From: Auanema rhodensis
Lineage: Eukaryota; Animalia; Nematoda
Direction of reading: 5' to 3'
Assembly (NCBI GenBank): GCA_964057225.1
Contig: OZ059894.1
Span: forward strand, 4,154,001 to 4,218,000
Length of the DNA stretch: 64,000 nt
Positions within the stretch are counted from its first letter, which is position 1, and each line of letters begins with the position of its first letter. Positions 57,301-64,000 of this stretch are shown piece after piece. The notes beneath the pieces are model-generated. The model had not been told where the DNA came from, searched no databases, and was given only the letters and a program-made list of their open reading frames with translations. Position numbers and translations under genes: made by a program.

Positions 57301-58599
57301 TCACACTTATATCCTCGATTTTCACCCTGAAGAAATAATTTTTTCGTTGAATATTATTGTCCATCGTCTTTGCCTTGAAAAAAGGAATCTAAAAACATCT
57401 ACTTTTTGCTAAATTATTTTGAAATTTTTCGAAAAAATTTTTGTCAAAATGTTTTTGGAAGCAATGTTGAGTGTACATGGAAACTCAACATACACTAATG
57501 CATCATTTTTCAAAAGATCATAACTAATTTTTGTATCAAGCGTTTCTCAATGTAGTATAGTGCGTTCGATGCGGATTTTTAAGCTGCGTCGATCTGTGTT
57601 ATCAGATTTGCGCTAGCTTAAAAATGCACCGAGATATCAACTGATATAAGTTCACACTTATATCCTCGATTTTCACCCTGAAGAATTAATTTTTTCGTTG
57701 AATAACATTGTCCATCGTCTTTGCCTTGAAAAATGGAATCTAAAAACATCTACTTTTTGCTAAATTATTTTGAAATTTTTCGAAACAATTTTTGTCAAAA
57801 TGTTTTTGGAAGCAATGTTGAGTGTACATGGAAACTCAACATACACTAATGCATCATTTTTCTAACGATCATAACTAATTTTTGTATTAAGCTTTTCTCA
57901 ATGTAGTATAGTGCATTCGATGCAGATTTTTAAGCTGCGTCGATCTGTGTTATCAGATTTGCGCTAGCTTAAAAATGCACCGAGATATCAACTGATATAA
58001 GTTCACACTTATATCCTCGATTTTCACCCTGAAGAATTAATTTTTTCGTTGAATAACATTGTCCATCGTCTTTGCCTTGAAAAATGGAATCTAAAAACAT
58101 CTACTTTTTGCTAAATTATTTTGAAATTTTTCGAAACAATTTTTGTCAAAATGTTTTTGGAAGCAATGTTGAGTGTACATGGAAACTCAACATACACTAA
58201 TGCATCATTTTTCAAACGATCATAACTAATTTTTGTATCAAGCGTTTCTTAATGTAGTATAGTGCATTCGATGCGGATTTTTAAGCTGCGTCGATCTGTG
58301 TTATCAGATTTGCGCTAGCTTAAAAATGCACCGAGATATCAACTGATATAAGTTCACACTTATATCCTCGATTTTCACCCTGAAGAAATAATTTTTTCGT
58401 TGAATAACATTGTCCATCGTCTTTGCCTTGAAAAAAGGAATCTAAAAACATTTAATTTTTGCTGAATTATTTTGAAATTTTTCGAAAAAATTTTTGTCAA
58501 AATGTTTTTGGAAGCAATGTTGAGTGTACATGGAAACTCAACATACACTAATGCATCATTTTTCAAACGATCATAACTAATTTTTGTATCAAGCGTTTT

Positions 58600-61500
58600 T
58601 CAATGTAGTATAGTGCATTCGATGCGGATTTTTAAGCTGCGTCGATCTGTGTTATCAGATTTGCGCTAGCTTAAAAATGCACCGAGATATCAACTGATAT
58701 AAAATCACACTTATATCCTCGATTTTCACCCTGAAGAAATAATTTTTTCGTTGAATATTATTGTCCATCGTCTTTGCCTTGAAAAAAGGAATCTAAAAAC
58801 ATCTACTTTTTGCTTAATTATTTTGAAATTTTTCGAAAAAATTTTTGTCAAAATGTTTTTGGAAGCAATGTTGAGTGTACATGGAAACTCAACATACACT
58901 AATGCATCATTTTTCAAACGATCATAACTAATTTTTGTATCAAGCGTTTCTCAATGTAGTATAGTGCATTCGATGCGGATTTTTAAGCTGCGTCGATCTG
59001 TGTTATCAGATTTGCGCTAGCTTAAATATGCACCGAGATATCAACTGATATAAGTTCACACTTATATCCTCGATTTTCACCCTGAAGAATTAATTTTTTC
59101 GTTGAATAACATTGTCCATCGTCTTTGCCTTGAAAAATGGAATCTAAAAACATCTACTATTTGCTAAATTATTCTGAAATTTTTCGAAAAAATTTTTGTC
59201 AAAATGTTTTTGGAAGCAATGTTGAGTGTACATGGAAACTCAACATACACTAATGCATCATTTTTCAAACGATCATAACTAATTTTTGTATCAAGCTTTT
59301 TTCAATGTAGTATAGTGCATTCGATGCGGATTTTTAAGCTGCGTCGATCTGTGTTATCAGATTTGCGCTAGCTTAAAAATGCACCGAGATATCAACTGAT
59401 ATAAAATCACACTTATATCCTCGATTTTCACCCTGAAGAAATAATTTTTTCGTTGAATAACATTGTCCATCGTCTTTGCCTTGAAAAATGGAATCTAAAA
59501 ACATCTACTTTTTGCTAAATTATTTTGAAATTTTTCGAAACAATTTTTGTCAAAATGTTTTTGGAAGCAATGTTGAGTGTACATGGAAACTCAACATACA
59601 CTAATGCATCATTTTTCAAACGATCATAACTAATTTTTGTATCAAGCGTTTTTCAATGTAGTATAGTGCATTCGATGCGGATTTTTAAGCTGCGTCGATC
59701 TGTGTTATCAGATTTGCGCTAGCTTAAAAATGCACCGAGATATCAACTGATATAAAATCACACTTATATCCTCGATTTTCACCCTGAAGAAATAATTTTT
59801 TCGTTGAATATTATTGTCCATCGTCTTTGCCTTGAAAAAAGGAATCTAAAAACATCTACTTTTTGCTTAATTATTTTGAAATTTTTCGAAAAAATTTTTG
59901 TCAAAATGTTTTTGGAAGCAATGTTGAGTGTACATGGAAACTCAACATACACTAATGCATCATTTTTCAAACGATCATAACTAATTTTTGTATCAAGCGT
60001 TTCTCAATGTAGTATAGTGCATTCGATGCGGATTTTTAAGCTGCGTCGATCTGTGTTATCAGATTTGCGCTAGCTTAAAAATGCACCGAGATATCAACTG
60101 ATATAAGTTCACACTTATATCCTCGATTTTCACCCTGAAGAATTAATTTTTTCGTTGAATAACATTGTCCATCGTCTTTGCCTTGAAAAATGGAATCTAA
60201 AAACATCTACTATTTGCTAAATTATTCTGAAATTTTTCGAAAAAATTTTTGTCAAAATGTTTTTGGAAGCAATGTTGAGTGTACATGGAAACTCAACATA
60301 CACTAATGCATCATTTTTCAAACGATCATAACTAATTTTTGTATCAAGCTTTTTTCAATGTAGTATAGTGCATTCGATGCGGATTTTTAAGCTGCGTCGA
60401 TCTGTGTTATCAGATTTGCGCTAGCTTAAAAATGCACCGAGATATCAACTGATATAAAATCACACTTATATCCTCGATTTTCACCCTGAAGAAATAATTT
60501 TTTCGTTGAATAACATTGTCCATCGTCTTTGCCTTGAAAAATGGAATCTAAAAACATCTACTTTTTGCTAAATTATTTTGAAATTTTTCGAAACAATTTT
60601 TGTCAAAATGTTTTTGGAAGCAATGTTGAGTGTACATGGAAACTCAACATACACTAATGCATCATTTTTCAAACGATCATAACTAATTTTTGTATCAAGC
60701 GTTTTTCAATGTAGTATAGTGCATTCGATGCGGATTTTTAAGCTGCGTCGATCTGTGTTATCAGATTTGCGCTAGCTTAAAAATGCACCGAGATATCAAC
60801 TGATATAAAATCACACTTATATCCTCGATTTTCACCCTGAAGAAATAATTTTTTCGTTGAATATTATTGTCCATCGTCTTTGCCTTGAAAAAAGGAATCT
60901 AAAAACATCTACTTTTTGCTTAATTATTTTGAAATTTTTCGAAAAAATTTTTGTCAAAATGTTTTTGGAAGCAATGTTGAGTGTACATGGAAACTCAACA
61001 TACACTAATGCATCATTTTTCAAACGATCATAACTAATTTTTGTATCAAGCGTTTCTCAATGTAGTATAGTGCATTCGATGCGGATTTTTAAGCTGCGTC
61101 GATCTGTGTTATCAGATTTGCGCTAGCTTAAAAATGCACCGAGATATCAACTGATATAAGTTCACACTTATATCCTCGATTTTCACCCTGAAGAATTAAT
61201 TTTTTCGTTGAATAACATTGTCCATCGTCTTTGCCTTGAAAAATGGAATCTAAAAACATCTACTATTTGCTAAATTATTCTGAAATTTTTCGAAAAAATT
61301 TTTGTCAAAATGTTTTTGGAAGCAATGTTGAGTGTACATGGAAACTCAACATACACTAATGCATCATTTTTCAAACGATCATAACTAATTTTTGTATCAA
61401 GCTTTTTTCAATGTAGTATAGTGCATTCGATGCGGATTTTTAAGCTGCGTCGATCTGTGTTATCAGATTTGCGCTAGCTTAAAAATGCACCGAGATATCA

Positions 61501-61700
61501 ACTGATATAAAATCACACTTATATCCTCGATTTTCACCCTGAAGAAATAATTTTTTCGTTGAATAACATTGTCCATCGTCTTTGCCTTGAAAAATGGAAT
61601 CTAAAAACATCTACTTTTTGCTAAATTATTTTGAAATTTTTCGAAACAATTTTTGTCAAAATGTTTTTGGAAGCAATGTTGAGTGTACATGGAAACTCAA
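58600..61700. repeat. 3-mer higher-order repeat (1053 bp), three copies; boundaries approximate
   Basis: ORF variants at 58726, 59779, 60832; ATTCTGAA and GCTTTTTTC alleles at a 1053-bp period. Confidence 0.88.
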
Positions 61701-64000
61701 CATACACTAATGCATCATTTTTCAAACGATCATAACTAATTTTTGTATCAAGTGTTTCTCAATGTAATATAGTGCATTCGATGCGGATTTTTAAGCTGCG
61801 TCGATCTGTGTTATCAGATTTGCGCTAGCTTAAAAATGCACCGAGATATCAACTGATATAAGTTCACACTTATATCCTCGATTTTCACCCTGAAGAATTA
61901 ATTTTTTCGTTGAATAACATTGTCCATCGTCTTTGCCTTGAAAAATGGAATCTAAAAACATCTACTTTTTGCTAAATTATTTTGAAATTTTTCGAAACAA
62001 TTTTTGTCAAAATGTTTTTGGAAGCAATGTTGAGTGTACATGGAAACTCAACATACACTAATGCATCATTTTTCAAACGATCATAACTAATTTTTGTATC
62101 AAGCGTTTCTTAATGTAGTATAGTGCATTCGATGCGGATTTTTAAGCTGCGTCGATCTGTGTTATCAGATTTGCGCTAGCTTAAAAATGCACCGAGATAT
62201 CAACTGATATAAGTTCACACTTATATCCTCGATTTTCACCCTGAAGAATTAACTTTTTCGTTGAATAACATTGTCTATCGTCTTTGCCTTGAAAAATGGA
62301 ATCTAAAAACATCTACTATTTGCTAAATTATTTTGAAATTTTTCGAAAAAATTTTTGTCAAAATGTTTTTGGAAGCAATGTTGAGTGTACATGGAAACTC
62401 AACATACACTAATGCATCATTTTTCAAACGATCATAACTAATTTTTGTATCAAGCGTTTTTCAATGTAGTATAGTGCATTCGATGCGGATTTTTAAGCTG
62501 CGTCGATCTGTGTTATCAGATTTGCGCTAGCTTAAAAATGCACCGAGATATCAACTGATATAAAATCACACTTATATCCTCGATTTTCACCCTGAAGAAA
62601 TAATTTTTTCGTTGAATAACATTGTCCATCGTCTTTGCCTTGAAAAATGGAATCTAAAAACATCTACTTTTTGCTAAATTATTTTGAAATTTTTCGAAAC
62701 AATTTTTGTCAAAATGTTTTTGGAAGCAATGTTGAGTGTACATGGAAACTCAACATACACTAATGCATCATTTTTCAAACGATCATAACTAATTTTTGTA
62801 TCAAGTGTTTCTCAATGTAATATAGTGCATTCGATGCGGATTTTTAAGCTGCGTCGATCTGTGTTATCAGATTTGCGCTAGCTTAAAAATGCACCGAGAT
62901 ATCAACTGATATAAGTTCACACTTATATCCTCGATTTTCACCCCGAAGAATTAATTTTTTCGTTGAATAACATTGTCCATCGTCTTTGCCTTGAAAAATG
63001 GAATCTAAAAACATCTACTTTTTGCTAAATTATTTTGAAATGTTTCGAAACAATTTTTGTCAAAATGTTTTTGGAAGCAATGTTGAGTGTACATGGAAAC
63101 TCAACATACACTAATGCATCATTTTTCAAACGATCATAACTAATTTTTGTATCAAGCGTTTCTTAATGTAGTATAGTGCATTCGATGCGGATTTTTAAGC
63201 TGCGTCGATCTGTGTTATCAGATTTGCGCTAGCTTAAAAATGCACCGAGATATCAACTGATATAAGTTCACACTTATATCCTCGATTTTCACCCCGAAGA
63301 ATTAATTTTTTCGTTGAATAACATTGTCCATCGTCTTTGCCTTGAAAAATGGAATCTAAAAACATCTACTTTTTGCTAAATTATTTTGAAATTTTTCGAA
63401 ACAATTTTTGTCAAAATGTTTTTGGAAGCAATGTTGAGTGTACATGGAAACTCAACATACACTAATGCATCATTTTTCAAACGATCATAACTAATTTTTG
63501 TATCAAGCGTTTCTTAATGTAGTATAGTGCATTCGATGCGGATTTTTAAGCTGCGTCGATCTGTGTTATCAGATTTGCGCTAGCTTAAAAATGCACCGAG
63601 ATATCAACTGATATAAGTTCACACTTATATCCTCGATTTTCACCCTGAAGAATTAACTTTTTCGTTGAATAACATTGTCTATCGTCTTTGCCTTGAAAAA
63701 TGGAATCTAAAAACATCTACTATTTGCTAAATTATTTTGAAATTTTTCGAAAAAATTTTTGTCAAAATGTTTTTGGAAGCAATGTTGAGTGTACATGGAA
63801 ACTCAACATACACTAATGCATCATTTTTCAAACGATCATAACTAATTTTTGTATCAAGCGTTTTTCAATGTAGTATAGTGCATTCGATGCGGATTTTTAA
63901 GCTGCGTCGATCTGTGTTATCAGATTTGCGCTAGCTTAAAAATGCACCGAGATATCAACTGATATAAGTTCACACTTATATCCTCGATTTTCACCCTGAA

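Larger units (their letters stand above)
1..64000. repeat. Tandem satellite DNA array, 351-bp monomer, about 182 copies, running off both window edges
   Basis: TTGAGTGTACATGGAAACTC recurs at 1, 352, 703 and onward. ORF-track coordinates differ by multiples of 351 (207 mod 351 left of 26.5 kb, 109 mod 351 right of it). Monomers differ by a few substitutions each. Confidence 0.99.

Noticed and set aside
207-61023. Repeated 63-, 65- and 75-aa ORFs (MKNDAL..., MKFFE..., MYTQH...) as a tandem gene family
   Set aside because: They are overlapping frames on both strands of the monomer, mostly with non-ATG starts, with K/F/N/I-rich composition typical of AT tracts and no recognisable domain. Single SNPs (e.g. 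GCTAAA versus GCTGAA) open or close them in most copies.
1-64000. CRISPR array or repeat-spacer memory system (palindromic repeats plus a variable block)
   Set aside because: There are no unique spacers; the variable block differs only by point substitutions of one consensus, and there are no cas genes or leader.

Overview
The whole 64 kb window is one head-to-tail tandem array of an AT-rich 351-bp monomer (about 32% GC by hand count, about 182 copies), i.e. eukaryotic-type satellite DNA. I find no credible genes: every ORF in the track is the same few frames of the monomer switched on or off by SNPs. The structure lies in the variation. (1) There is a single rearrangement at 26512-26644, where 133 bp of one monomer is inverted in place next to a 98-bp deletion; this is the only change of register I detected, and its left breakpoint lies in the loop of a 9-bp hairpin. 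(2) The monomer is dense in dyad symmetries. (3) Two monomer subfamily domains are separated by a divergent zone that ends at the inversion. (4) Local higher-order repeats (2-, 3-, 4-, 5-, 10/11-, 13-mers) and long-range duplications form a patchwork. I cannot identify the organism or satellite family. The sequence does not support a new gene-encoded system; functional ideas below are hypotheses.
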